Below are positions 46,172 through 55,079 of a stretch of 64,000 nucleotides of DNA, piece after piece. Each line of letters begins with the position of its first letter. Within the stretch, counting starts at the first letter, position 1. A model generated the notes under the pieces. It worked only from the letters and a program-made list of their open reading frames with translations. It searched no databases and was not told the origin of the DNA. The translations under genes were made by a program, and so were the position numbers. Source of the DNA: an uncultured Candidatus Saccharibacteria bacterium (GTDB taxonomy: Bacteria; Patescibacteriota; Saccharimonadia; Saccharimonadales; Saccharimonadaceae); NCBI GenBank assembly GCA_964544355.1, contig CAZJAI010000003.1, forward strand, positions 15,945-79,944. The letters are read 5' to 3'.

Positions 46172-46196
46172 TGACAGTTTTTACCATTAACTGTCA
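46172..46196. promoter_or_regulatory. perfect 8-N9-8 inverted repeat in the divergent trmH-like/pilB intergenic region (candidate operator)
   Basis: TGACAGTT (46172-46179), 9 nt, then AACTGTCA (46189-46196). A second small palindrome CTTAA-A-TTAAG lies at about 46157-46167. Confidence 0.3.
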
Positions 46197-46255
46197 AGTT
46201 GCGGCTCGTTTGGGATGAATTCGGTCGATTTCTGCTACAATTAACCATAATCAGA

Positions 46256-47875
46256 ATGAACGACGCCAAACAACAGGCGAAATTTCGCGACCAGGACGAG
46301 CAAAACACGCGCAACCGGGCGGCTATTTTGGGCCTGCAATACTTTGACACCCGCTCTTTGAACGACAAAGACCGGCTGCCGGCGTCTCTCCTCAGCAAAC
46401 AGGAGATGTACCAGGGCCACATCGTGCCGCTGAGGGACGATGGCGACGATCAGCCGCTGGTGTTTGGCATCACCAGCGCCACCCCGCAGTCACTGCTGAG
46501 GGACGTGCGCGGCCGGTTCCAGAATCGTAATGTCTTGTTCGTGATGATCAGCGGTGAAGGTTTTCGGCAGCTGATGGCCCGCCTAGATCCTCCCAAAGAG
46601 GTGGTTTACGACGACGTAACCATTGCCGCAGAGGGTGACAGTCAGACTTTGAGCAGCGTTTCCCGGACCCTGGCTTCAGTGCGGCCCGACGATATCCTGA
46701 CCTATTTAATAGAACAAGCCGATCGTCTGGGGGCCAGCGACATTCACCTGGAATGTCAGCGGACTAACGTGCGGGTCCGCTTCCGGGTTGACGGGGCTTT
46801 GCATGTGGTGGCCAATATGGATCAGGAAAAATACCGTATCATGCAAGCCGCCCTGGCCAGCCGCGCCAATATTTCCACCGCCTCCAAAACCGCCCAGACC
46901 GGGCATATGCAGCACGAAATCACCAGACAGGACTCGGTCCGTTATGTGTTGAACATGCGGATAGAAACCATTCCCTCGGTTTATGGCCAGGACGCCGTGA
47001 TCCGGCTGTTTAATTTTAACGAGCAGCTGTTAAAACTGGATAATCTGGGCATGTCGGAAGCCGAGCGCCGGACTCTGGAGCAGGTAATCGAGCATCCGCA
47101 TGGCATGCTGATGATAGTTGGCCCGACCGGCTCCGGCAAGTCAACCACCTTATATAGCGTGCTGAACGCCCTGAACCAGCCCAGCCGTAAAATCATCACC
47201 CTGGAAGATCCGGTTGAATACAGTATTCCCGGTATCGTGCAAATACCCGTTAACACCCAGGACGGCGATAGCTTCGCCGCCAAGCTTGCGGCGCTGCTCC
47301 GGCTGGATCCCGACATTATCATGATCGGCGAAATCCGCGACGTGGACACCGCGCGCACGGCCATCCAGGCTTCGATTACCGGCCATCTGGTGCTGAGTAC
47401 CTTCCACGCCGACACCGCCAGCGCCGCCTTTAGCCGGATGATCGATCTGGTGGGCCGCAACCCGGTGTTTGTCTCGGCGATTAGGATGGTTATGGGTCAG
47501 CGTCTAGTCAGACGCCTGGACGACTCCACCAAACAGTCCTACAAACCCGACGACCAGATTAAAAAATGGATGGGTAAATCGCTGGAGGACCTGCCCGACA
47601 AGTTCGACCGGCCCAACCTGGAAGAGGCCGAGTTATGGAAACCGGTTGTCAACGAGCAATCGCCGTTCGGCTACAAAGGGCGGATACCGCTTATCGAGCA
47701 GTTGGTGGTCGGCCCGGAAATGCACGTGTTTTTATCAAGCGCCGGCGACAATCTGACCACCGAAGACATTGAGCGCGAAGCCAAGCGCCAGGGGATGAAG
47801 ACCTTGCTGCATGACGGGATTTTAAAGAGCCTGTCGGGTATTACCTCGATCGAAGAAGTCAATCGGGTTATTTGA
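46256..47875 (+). CDS. pilB: type IV pilus / type II secretion assembly ATPase (GspE/PilB family)
   Basis: I place the start at ATG 46256. Walker A GPTGSGKSTT, Asp box, Walker B IIMIGEIRD, His box, and an N-terminal GSPII_E_N-like region. Confidence 0.9.
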   Translation: MNDAKQQAKFRDQDEQNTRNRAAILGLQYFDTRSLNDKDRLPASLLSKQEMYQGHIVPLRDDGDDQPLVFGITSATPQSLLRDVRGRFQNRNVLFVMISGEGFRQLMARLDPPKEVVYDDVTIAAEGDSQTLSSVSRTLASVRPDDILTYLIEQADRLGASDIHLECQRTNVRVRFRVDGALHVVANMDQEKYRIMQAALASRANISTASKTAQTGHMQHEITRQDSVRYVLNMRIETIPSVYGQDAVIRLFNFNEQLLKLDNLGMSEAERRTLEQVIEHPHGMLMIVGPTGSGKSTTLYSVLNALNQPSRKIITLEDPVEYSIPGIVQIPVNTQDGDSFAAKLAALLRLDPDIIMIGEIRDVDTARTAIQASITGHLVLSTFHADTASAAFSRMIDLVGRNPVFVSAIRMVMGQRLVRRLDDSTKQSYKPDDQIKKWMGKSLEDLPDKFDRPNLEEAELWKPVVNEQSPFGYKGRIPLIEQLVVGPEMHVFLSSAGDNLTTEDIEREAKRQGMKTLLHDGILKSLSGITSIEEVNRVI

Positions 47876-49022
47876 TCACCGCGGCGATGGTTCGCGCCAA
47901 AGCCGGCTCAAACAGCGATGGTATGATGCGGCCGGCATCGGGTCGCGTAACGAGCCCGGCCAGCGCTGCCGCCGCGGCCAGCTTGTGCTGATCGGTGATT
48001 TGCCTGACGCCGCTGTCCAGGGCGCCTCGAAAAATTCCCGGAAAAGCCAGGGCGTTGTTGACTTGATTGGGATAATCGCTGCGGCCGGTGGCCAGCACCG
48101 CTACGCCAGCTGCCCGCGCCAGTTCGGGATTGATTTCCGGTTGGGGATTGGCCAGAGCGAAAACGATGGGGTCAGGGTTCATCATTTTAATGTGGTCAGC
48201 CGTCAGCAGATCGGGGCGACTGACGCCTATAAAGATATCGGCGCCCCGCATGGCCTGGCTTAGGCTGCCGGAGCGGCTGCCCGGCCTGGTTAAATCAAGC
48301 AGGGTCCGTTTTTCGGGGCTGAGGCTTTGCCGGTCGCGCCCAATAATACCCTGACTATCCACGGCCACTATCCGGTTAATGCCGTAAAGTTTCAGCAGCT
48401 TGATGACCGCCGTGCCGGCGGCACCGGCGCCAACTACCACCACGCTGCATTTTTTAAGCTCTTTTTGGACGACCTTGGCGGCGTTAATCAGCCCGGCCAG
48501 CACGACCACTGCCGTGCCGTGCTGGTCGTCATGAAATACCGGTATATCCAGCCGGCTCTTCAGGCGCTCTTCAATCTCGAAACATTTCGGAGCGGCTATG
48601 TCTTCCAAATTAACGGCTCCGAAGCTGGGCGCTATGGCCGAGACGGTGTCGACGATCGCGTCGGCGGTGTGGACATCAAGTACTATCGGTATCGAATCGA
48701 TACCGGCAAACTGCTTAAACAGCATGGCCTTGCCCTCCATGACCGGCATCGCCGCTTTGGGCCCGATGTCTCCCAGGCCCAGCACCGCCGAACCGTCGCT
48801 GATCACCGCCACCAGATTGTGCGTCCAGCTGTAGCGGCCGAGTTCTTGCGGATGCGCGGCGATCCTCCGGCTGACTTCTGCCACGCCGGGCGTGTAGTAC
48901 AGGCTTAGTTTTTCCAGATCGTCCAGGCTGTCGCGTGGCGCCAGGCTGAGCTTGCCGCCCAGTTTTCGGTGGGCCTCCAGCGCCCGCTGGTAAATATCGT
49001 TGTTCGGCTTTGGCTGATTCAT
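47868..49022 (-). CDS. NAD(P)-dependent malic enzyme (short form, no PTA domain)
   Basis: LSLYYTPGVAEV, FHDDQHGTAVV, VVVGAGAAGTA and NPQPEI. Confidence 0.92.
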   Translation of the reverse strand: MNQPKPNNDIYQRALEAHRKLGGKLSLAPRDSLDDLEKLSLYYTPGVAEVSRRIAAHPQELGRYSWTHNLVAVISDGSAVLGLGDIGPKAAMPVMEGKAMLFKQFAGIDSIPIVLDVHTADAIVDTVSAIAPSFGAVNLEDIAAPKCFEIEERLKSRLDIPVFHDDQHGTAVVVLAGLINAAKVVQKELKKCSVVVVGAGAAGTAVIKLLKLYGINRIVAVDSQGIIGRDRQSLSPEKRTLLDLTRPGSRSGSLSQAMRGADIFIGVSRPDLLTADHIKMMNPDPIVFALANPQPEINPELARAAGVAVLATGRSDYPNQVNNALAFPGIFRGALDSGVRQITDQHKLAAAAALAGLVTRPDAGRIIPSLFEPALARTIAAVIK

Positions 49023-49030
49023 CTTAAGTT

Positions 49031-49456
49031 CTATTTTAAACCGGCCAGATAAATTAGCACAGCTGCTGAAAAAATAAACTCGAATATCCAGCCGTCAGGG
49101 CGTTCGCCGCGCTGAATGTGACCGTGAAACTTCAAAAACCCGTTAAGCGGTTTGAAGCGGCCCTTGGCCAGCCATAAAAAATCCGGCAGGGTAGCCATGG
49201 CCACCGCTCCGGCCAGTAGCCAGGCGGGCTGCCAGCCGCTGGAGATAGCCCAGGCTAGAATGGCGAAGCAGATAAACCCGTCGGCGGCCAGAAGGTTTTT
49301 GAACCCCCTGGACCACGGCGCGAACATTGGCTGGCGGCCGAAATGGGGCAGCGAATCCAGCAAAAAATGCGAGGCCAAAGCCGCCGGCAAGGCCAGGGGC
49401 GCCGGTAGCACGGTGGCCAGGGCGATACCCGCGAGCGTGTGGTTATAGCCGGTCAT
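49031..49456 (-). CDS. small membrane protein, possibly DUF457/YdjM-like metal-dependent hydrolase
   Basis: MTGYNHTLAG...SHFLLDSLPH... with 4 TM helices. The family assignment is tentative. Confidence 0.4.
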   Translation of the reverse strand: MTGYNHTLAGIALATVLPAPLALPAALASHFLLDSLPHFGRQPMFAPWSRGFKNLLAADGFICFAILAWAISSGWQPAWLLAGAVAMATLPDFLWLAKGRFKPLNGFLKFHGHIQRGERPDGWIFEFIFSAAVLIYLAGLK

Positions 49457-49624
49457 TGGCTTCTATTGTAGCTTAGGCCCGCGGTCGCCTGAGAATCTTT
49501 TTATCTTGCGGAATTTTTATTTCGCCCCGCGGGCCATCTCCTCGTTGATAAGCGGCTTGGGATATGTTAAGATAAGAGCCGATTAAAACTCCCGATACAA
49601 TAATTCCAAGGCAAAGTATTAAAG

Positions 49625-50098
49625 ATGTTCGATTTAATCCAGAAGGTTGACAGTGCCAGCCGCAAACACCAGGTGGTTGACGTGCGCAGCGGTGACAGCG
49701 TGAGAATCCACCAGAAAATCAGAGAGGGCAACAAGGAACGCGTCCAGGTTTTCGAGGGTGTGGTGATCCGCACCGATCGCAAGAACAGCCTGACCAGCCG
49801 GATCACCGTGCGCAAAATCGCTAGCGGCGTTGGTGTGGAAAAAAGCTACTTGCTGCACAGCCCGCTGGTTTTGAAAGTGGAAGTCGTGCGCCGCGCCAGA
49901 GTGCGCCGTAATTTCTTAAGCTACCTCAGGCAGCGCAGCGGCAAATCGGCCCGCTTGTCGGCGGTCGACTTTGATCGCGAAAAAGTCAACGCGGTTCGTG
50001 ACAAAGCGGCCGAAGCGGAACTCGAGCATATCAAGGAAGAGGTAGCCGCCGGAGCCGAAGCCGCCGCCGAAGAAAAAGCGGCTGAAGAGTCTAAATAG
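49625..50098 (+). CDS. rplS: 50S ribosomal protein L19 with a charged C-terminal extension
   Basis: DVRSGDSVRIHQKIREGNKERVQVFEGVVIRTDRKNSLTSRITVRKIASGVGVEKSYLLHSP matches the L19 core. About 40 extra A/E/K-rich residues follow. Confidence 0.95.
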   Translation: MFDLIQKVDSASRKHQVVDVRSGDSVRIHQKIREGNKERVQVFEGVVIRTDRKNSLTSRITVRKIASGVGVEKSYLLHSPLVLKVEVVRRARVRRNFLSYLRQRSGKSARLSAVDFDREKVNAVRDKAAEAELEHIKEEVAAGAEAAAEEKAAEESK

Positions 50099-50111
50099 GA
50101 ACGGCCTTGGC

Positions 50112-51029
50112 ATGTCTGGACTGGCCGGCCTGGACGAAGTCGGGCGGGGCAGTCTGGCCGGTCCGGTCTGCGTGGCCGCGGTGGTGCTGGGCCGCGGACA
50201 CGTCGATAACTTAAAAGACAGCAAGCTCATCAGTCCGAAGCGCCGCCAGCTACTGGCGGCCGAAATTATTATTAAGGCCGAAAAGGTGGGTATCGGCTGG
50301 GCTTCGGCCTCGTTTGTTGACGTCTACGGCATCGTTGCCGGTCTTCAACGAGCCGCCCGCCGGGCTGTCGCCCAACTGGGCGGGTATAGCGGTGAGATCA
50401 TCATAGACGGTACAGTTAACCTGCTTCCCGGTCAGCCTAACGTCAGCCTGCTCAAGAAAGCCGATCAGCTGATTCCGGCGGTATCGGCGGCTTCGCTGGT
50501 GGCCAAGGTGGCCCGCGATCGTTACATGCGGCACATTGACGGCCTGTTTCCCGAGTACGGCTTCAAAGATCATGTCGGCTACGGGACGCCCGCTCATCTG
50601 GCGGCGCTTGGAAGGCTGGGTCCCTGCCGGCTGCATCGCTATAGCTTCGCTCCGATCAGTCAACCGCTGCCGCCGCGGGCCGGTGCGGGCAACAGCGGCC
50701 AACGGGCCGAAGACGCAGCGGTCGTTTATTTAACAGGTGGCGGCTGGTGTATTATTGCTCGTAACTGGAAAACCCGCCGCTGCGAAATAGACATTATTGC
50801 CCGGCGCGGCCGCGACTTATGTTTCGTGGAAGTGAAATACCGATCCGGCCTGTCCGCCGGCCGCGGCCTGGATTACGTGACCGCCGCCAAGCGCCGCCAG
50901 ATGCTTCATGCCGCTGAAAACTGGATCAGCCGCCATCCGGAAACCGTTTCATTGCAACCGTCCCTGGCCGCTGTCGAGGTGTGCGGCCCAGACTTCAAAG
51001 TCAGCGGCTTGTTTCCAGTTGAAGGTTAG
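50112..51029 (+). CDS. rnhB: RNase HII fused to a YraN/UPF0102 (PD-(D/E)xK) endonuclease domain
   Basis: The N-terminal ~185 aa read GLDEVGRGSLAGPVCVAAVVL...DSKL...IDG...KADQLIPAVSAASLVAKVARD...GYGTPAHL. After the linker PLPPRAGAGNS, the C-terminal domain reads GQRAEDAAVVYL...ARNWKTRRCEIDIIARRGRDLCFVEVKYR. It is one continuous ORF. Confidence 0.85.
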   Translation: MSGLAGLDEVGRGSLAGPVCVAAVVLGRGHVDNLKDSKLISPKRRQLLAAEIIIKAEKVGIGWASASFVDVYGIVAGLQRAARRAVAQLGGYSGEIIIDGTVNLLPGQPNVSLLKKADQLIPAVSAASLVAKVARDRYMRHIDGLFPEYGFKDHVGYGTPAHLAALGRLGPCRLHRYSFAPISQPLPPRAGAGNSGQRAEDAAVVYLTGGGWCIIARNWKTRRCEIDIIARRGRDLCFVEVKYRSGLSAGRGLDYVTAAKRRQMLHAAENWISRHPETVSLQPSLAAVEVCGPDFKVSGLFPVEG

Positions 51030-53589
51030 TTTGCAAGAAAAACTCCCTAAGCTTAACTAAGTCGCGTTCGCGCCTGGCCACCGTCGCGGCGATGGTCAAA
51101 TTGCCCAGCTCGATGGTTCTTTTCAGGGCCGGTTGTTTGGCCATCGGGCCGAAGAAGGTCTGATAACGCTCCAGCCATTCGTCGGTAGCGAAGATTCCGG
51201 CGCTGTAGCGCGGGTAGTTTTCGAAGCTTTTGTCGCCTTGCTGGTACAGCTTGATCCATTCCCAGTTGCCAACCAGCCAGCTCCACGCTTCGGCCCGGGC
51301 CTTGGGGTTACGCAGCAGATGAATTACCCAGCTGTCGAGGTCTTGCAGGCGGACGAAGCGGCGGTTTTTCAGCCGTTCTATCAGCTCTTTAATATGCGGC
51401 GGATGCTGACTGGAGCATAGCGCCAAAGACAGCTCCAGTTTTAACTCGGGGTCGCGGCTGCGGATGTATTCTTTGATCAATTTCCTGAAAATGTCGGGAG
51501 GGCCGAATTTAACGGCCGCTTTTAAAATGGCCTGTCTTTGTTCGGCCGGCAGCTCGGCCGGCGTTTTAGCTTCACGATAAAGCCTGATTGCCTCGTCAAT
51601 TACTGCCGGCAGTTCGGCGTATACCGCCAAATTCAATATGGTGGCCCGCAGCTTGGTATCATTCAGGCTTTCTTCGCCGCCGCCAGCCGGTTGCCAGCCC
51701 AGCCGTTCAAGCTGAACCGCGATCAGCCGTCCTGTTAGCCGCTTAAAGTCAGCCTCCAGGCGGTGGCCTTCCAGTAGCCTGGTGATTTTCGACAGCGCCT
51801 CGCTGATGGCGTTCCAGACGGCCTCGCTGGTGTCTTGCCGGTAAGACTGTAATAGAGAAATAACCTCCCGGCTGCTCCAATAGCCGGCGGTAGCCAGCAG
51901 GTCGGCCGTTTCCACGACCGCTAATCGTTCGGGCAGCGGCAGCTTGCCGCTGATAATGGTTTTAACAAGCTCCTTGCGGGCAAACTGGCTTCGGTACCAT
52001 ACCAGATAATGACCGCTGTTGCCCACGTTGAAACGGACCAGACTGTCAGCCCGTTCCGGTCCCAGCTCGGCCGATATGGACATCTTGGTCATCAGTGGCG
52101 GCAGGTCGGGAAGTTTGGGCGAATTAAACAGGGGAATCGGCCAACTGGCCGGAGCCGAGGAAGCTTCACGAACGATTGAAAACCGGCTCTGCGTCAGGCT
52201 GAGCTTGCCGTTAATCCGGTCGATCTGCAAAAGCGGATAGCCGGGCCGGTCGGTCCACGGCTTCATCAGCTGGCCGATGTTCTCGCCCGCGAACTTGCTC
52301 AGACTATTCCATAAGTCGTCTACCGTGGTGTTGCCGTAGGCATGTTCCAGAAAATACTGCCTGAGGCCTTGGCGGAATACTGCTTTGCCTACGTGGGTCA
52401 TCAGCATATACAGCAGGCGCGCGCCTTTGGCGTAAACTATGGAAGGGTCGAACAGGGTGCCGATTTCGTCCGGATGATGAATAGGGCTGCGCACCGCCTG
52501 GACTCCGGGCAGGGCGTCGCGCTGCAGCGATTGGCTGGCTTCGTGCTGAAAGAAATGCTGCCAGACGTTCCAGTCCGGATAGATGTGGTCGACCGCCAAG
52601 TACTCCATTAAGGTGGCGAAGCTTTCGTTCAGCCATAAATCGTCCCACCAGGCCATGGTAACCAGATTGCCGAACCACTGATGACTGGTTTCGTGAGCGA
52701 TGACCGTGGCGATGTATTCGCGGTTGGCTTGCGAGGCCGTATCCGGGTTGGCCAGCAGCAGCACCTCGCGGTAGGTTATCAGTCCCCAGTTCTCCATGGC
52801 GCCGGACGAAAAATCCGGCAAAGCCACGTGGTCGCACTTGGGTAGCGGATAGGGCGTGCCGAAATAATTTTCAAAATACTCGATTGATTTAACCGCCGTA
52901 TCCAAGGCGAAATCCAGCGCGACGGACGGCTGGATAGGCGAAGCCCAGACCCGCACTTCGCAACCGCTGGCCGTTTTTTTGGCTTTATATTGCAAATCGC
53001 CTACAACGAAAGCCAGCAGGTATGGACTCATGCGCGGCGTCGCTTCGAAACGGCTGATCAGCCATCCCTTCTGCCGGTTCTGCTGCTTGAGCGGCATATT
53101 GGCCAGCACCACTTCGCTGGGATCTGTCCCCAGGCTGAGTTCGAAAACCGCCTTGGCGGCGGGTTCGTCTACGCAGGGAAAAACCTCCCGGGCATGGTGG
53201 CTTTCCAGCTGGGTCACCCAGAGCTGCCGCTCTTTGCCGTCTTGCTTGAAGCGGCATCGGTACAGGCCGTGCAGCCGGTCGGTAACCTCCCCGGCAAAAC
53301 GTATTTCCGCCTCTACGACCTCTCCTGCTGCCGCGGATACGTTGCCTGGCAATTTGAGCCGCAGCTCGTCGAGTTCGGGCAGCAGACTGAATTTGGCCTC
53401 CTGTCCATTAAGCCGAGCCGACTGGATTTTAAGCCCCTTGGCGTGCAGCCGCAATTCGCTTGATGGGCGAACGAAGCGGCCGGTAATTTGCACCGCACCG
53501 TCAAACCGGGCCCGCCGCTTGTCCAGCCACAAAGTCAGGTCGTATCCGTCAGGCTCGAACTGCTCGCTCAGTCGGGCAACACCGCTCAT
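51001..53589 (-). CDS. pepN: aminopeptidase N (M1 family)
   Basis: GAMENWGLITY, HETSHQWFGNLVT and WLNESFA. The 862-aa product overlaps the rnhB-yraN 3' end by 29 nt. Confidence 0.93.
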   Translation of the reverse strand: MSGVARLSEQFEPDGYDLTLWLDKRRARFDGAVQITGRFVRPSSELRLHAKGLKIQSARLNGQEAKFSLLPELDELRLKLPGNVSAAAGEVVEAEIRFAGEVTDRLHGLYRCRFKQDGKERQLWVTQLESHHAREVFPCVDEPAAKAVFELSLGTDPSEVVLANMPLKQQNRQKGWLISRFEATPRMSPYLLAFVVGDLQYKAKKTASGCEVRVWASPIQPSVALDFALDTAVKSIEYFENYFGTPYPLPKCDHVALPDFSSGAMENWGLITYREVLLLANPDTASQANREYIATVIAHETSHQWFGNLVTMAWWDDLWLNESFATLMEYLAVDHIYPDWNVWQHFFQHEASQSLQRDALPGVQAVRSPIHHPDEIGTLFDPSIVYAKGARLLYMLMTHVGKAVFRQGLRQYFLEHAYGNTTVDDLWNSLSKFAGENIGQLMKPWTDRPGYPLLQIDRINGKLSLTQSRFSIVREASSAPASWPIPLFNSPKLPDLPPLMTKMSISAELGPERADSLVRFNVGNSGHYLVWYRSQFARKELVKTIISGKLPLPERLAVVETADLLATAGYWSSREVISLLQSYRQDTSEAVWNAISEALSKITRLLEGHRLEADFKRLTGRLIAVQLERLGWQPAGGGEESLNDTKLRATILNLAVYAELPAVIDEAIRLYREAKTPAELPAEQRQAILKAAVKFGPPDIFRKLIKEYIRSRDPELKLELSLALCSSQHPPHIKELIERLKNRRFVRLQDLDSWVIHLLRNPKARAEAWSWLVGNWEWIKLYQQGDKSFENYPRYSAGIFATDEWLERYQTFFGPMAKQPALKRTIELGNLTIAATVARRERDLVKLREFFLQTNLQLETSR

Positions 53590-53647
53590 CTTGCTTTCAT
53601 TTTAGCATAAACGGTCTATGTGCCCCCTTTTTTTAGGCGAGGCCTGG

Positions 53648-53677
53648 TTGACATCAGTCACCGGCAGCTGATACAAT
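53648..53677 (+). promoter_or_regulatory. near-consensus sigma70 promoter upstream of nusA
   Basis: TTGACA (53648-53653), an 18-nt spacer, then TACAAT (53672-53677), 128 nt upstream of the nusA ATG. Confidence 0.5.
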
Positions 53678-53718
53678 CTAGTACCAGACGAGAAGTTCCC
53701 CTTAGGTATCAGAGTCCG

Positions 53719-53737
53719 GCCGATGGTCGGCTTTTTT
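53719..53737 (+). terminator. short GC hairpin plus T6 within the nusA leader (attenuator or small-RNA 3' end candidate)
   Basis: GCCGA-TGG-TCGGC (53719-53731) is followed by TTTTTT (53732-53737). The stem is only 5 bp. Confidence 0.3.
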
Positions 53738-53805
53738 AATAAATCAGCCTGGTAACTTGTTTAAAAACTAAACCCTCTTTTTAAAAGGAGAATATAAGAG
53801 AAATC

Positions 53806-55017
53806 ATGCAGGAATTTAACGTTAAACAGTTAGTGCAGGCTGTCCGTTCGATAGCCGAGGAAAAAAACCTGCCCGAGCCGCTGGTCCTGGACGTTGTTCA
53901 GCAGGCTCTGGCGGCCGCCTGGCGGCGCGACCATGGTGACCGCGACCAGGCGGTGCGCAGCCAGATCAACACCAACACCGGCGATGTCGTCATATATGTA
54001 ATTAAAGAAGTAGCCGACGAGGTGGAGAATCCGGTTCTGCAAATCAGCCTGACCGACGCTAAAAAGATCAAGCCGGACGCCAAGATCGGCGACGAGGTGG
54101 AGCTGGAGCAGCCGATGGTCAGCTTCGGCCGGGTAGCCGCTCAAACCGCCAAACAGGTGGTTTTGCAAAAGTTACGCGAGGCCGAACGCGAAGTGGTGAT
54201 GAGCGAGTACGCCGATAAAATCGGCACCGTTTTAGTCGGTACCGTCCAAAGGGTTGAGCCGCGGCTGGTTAGAGTGGAACTGGGCAAGGCTACCGGAATC
54301 CTGCCGGCCAGCGAGCAAATCCCCGGAGAGTATTACGGCATCGGCAGCCGCGTCAAGGTGTTTTTAAAAGACGTTGAGCGCGGTTTGCGCGGGCCGCAGC
54401 TGATTTTAAGCCGGGCTAACGAACAGTTTATTGAGTTTTTGTTCCGCCAGGAAGTGCCGGAGATGGAGAACGGTGCCGTCGAAATCAAGGCGGTCGCGCG
54501 GGAGGCCGGCAAACGGACCAAACTGGCGGTTTTTTCGGGAGTGCCGGGAGTTGACCCGGTCGGCACTTTCGTCGGCGGGCACGGCACCCGGGTGCAGGCG
54601 GTGATGAACGAGATCGGCGACCAGGAAAAAATCGACATAGTCACCTACAGCGACAACCCATCCGAATTCATTAAAAACGCTCTCAGCCCGGCCGAAATAG
54701 CCCGGATCGAAATTAACCAATCGTCCAAACGGGCTAAGGTTTACGTTGATCAGAGCCAGCAATCCATTGCCATAGGCCGTGGCGGCCAAAACGTCCGGCT
54801 GGCCAGCCGTCTGACCGGCTACGAGCTGGATATTGAACCGGTGGAGAAAGCGCCGGTTCCGGCTCAGCCGAGCAACAGCGCCGTCACCGCCGGCGCAGCG
54901 CCCCAAAAAGCCAGGAGCGCCGCTAAAAAAACCCGCAAAAACATCGAGGATTCCTTGCTCGAGGCTCTGGAGGAAGCATCCGCCGACCAGCCCAAGCCTA
55001 AAGATCAGGCCGCTTGA
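53806..55017 (+). CDS. nusA: transcription termination/antitermination factor NusA
   Basis: The N-terminal domain reads LVQAVRSIAEEKNL. An S1 domain (GTVLVGTVQRVEP) and two KH domains (GHGTRVQAVMNEIG and IGRGGQNVRLASRLTG) follow. The tail is charged. Confidence 0.95.
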   Translation: MQEFNVKQLVQAVRSIAEEKNLPEPLVLDVVQQALAAAWRRDHGDRDQAVRSQINTNTGDVVIYVIKEVADEVENPVLQISLTDAKKIKPDAKIGDEVELEQPMVSFGRVAAQTAKQVVLQKLREAEREVVMSEYADKIGTVLVGTVQRVEPRLVRVELGKATGILPASEQIPGEYYGIGSRVKVFLKDVERGLRGPQLILSRANEQFIEFLFRQEVPEMENGAVEIKAVAREAGKRTKLAVFSGVPGVDPVGTFVGGHGTRVQAVMNEIGDQEKIDIVTYSDNPSEFIKNALSPAEIARIEINQSSKRAKVYVDQSQQSIAIGRGGQNVRLASRLTGYELDIEPVEKAPVPAQPSNSAVTAGAAPQKARSAAKKTRKNIEDSLLEALEEASADQPKPKDQAA

Positions 55018-55040
55018 GGACTGAACCGGAAAACCAACAA

Positions 55041-55067
55041 TTAGCACTCTTGCATCGTGAGTGCTAA
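55041..55067. promoter_or_regulatory. CIRCE element (HrcA operator), perfect consensus
   Basis: TTAGCACTC (55041-55049), then N9, then GAGTGCTAA (55059-55067). This equals the published CIRCE consensus TTAGCACTC-N9-GAGTGCTAA. The inverted repeat extends to 14 bp per arm (55036-55072). Confidence 0.88.
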
Positions 55068-55079
55068 TTGTTCTATACT
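55050..55079 (+). promoter_or_regulatory. candidate clpC promoter P1 interleaved with CIRCE
   Basis: TTGCAT (55050-55055, in the CIRCE loop), an 18-nt spacer containing the right CIRCE arm, then TATACT (55074-55079). Confidence 0.45.
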
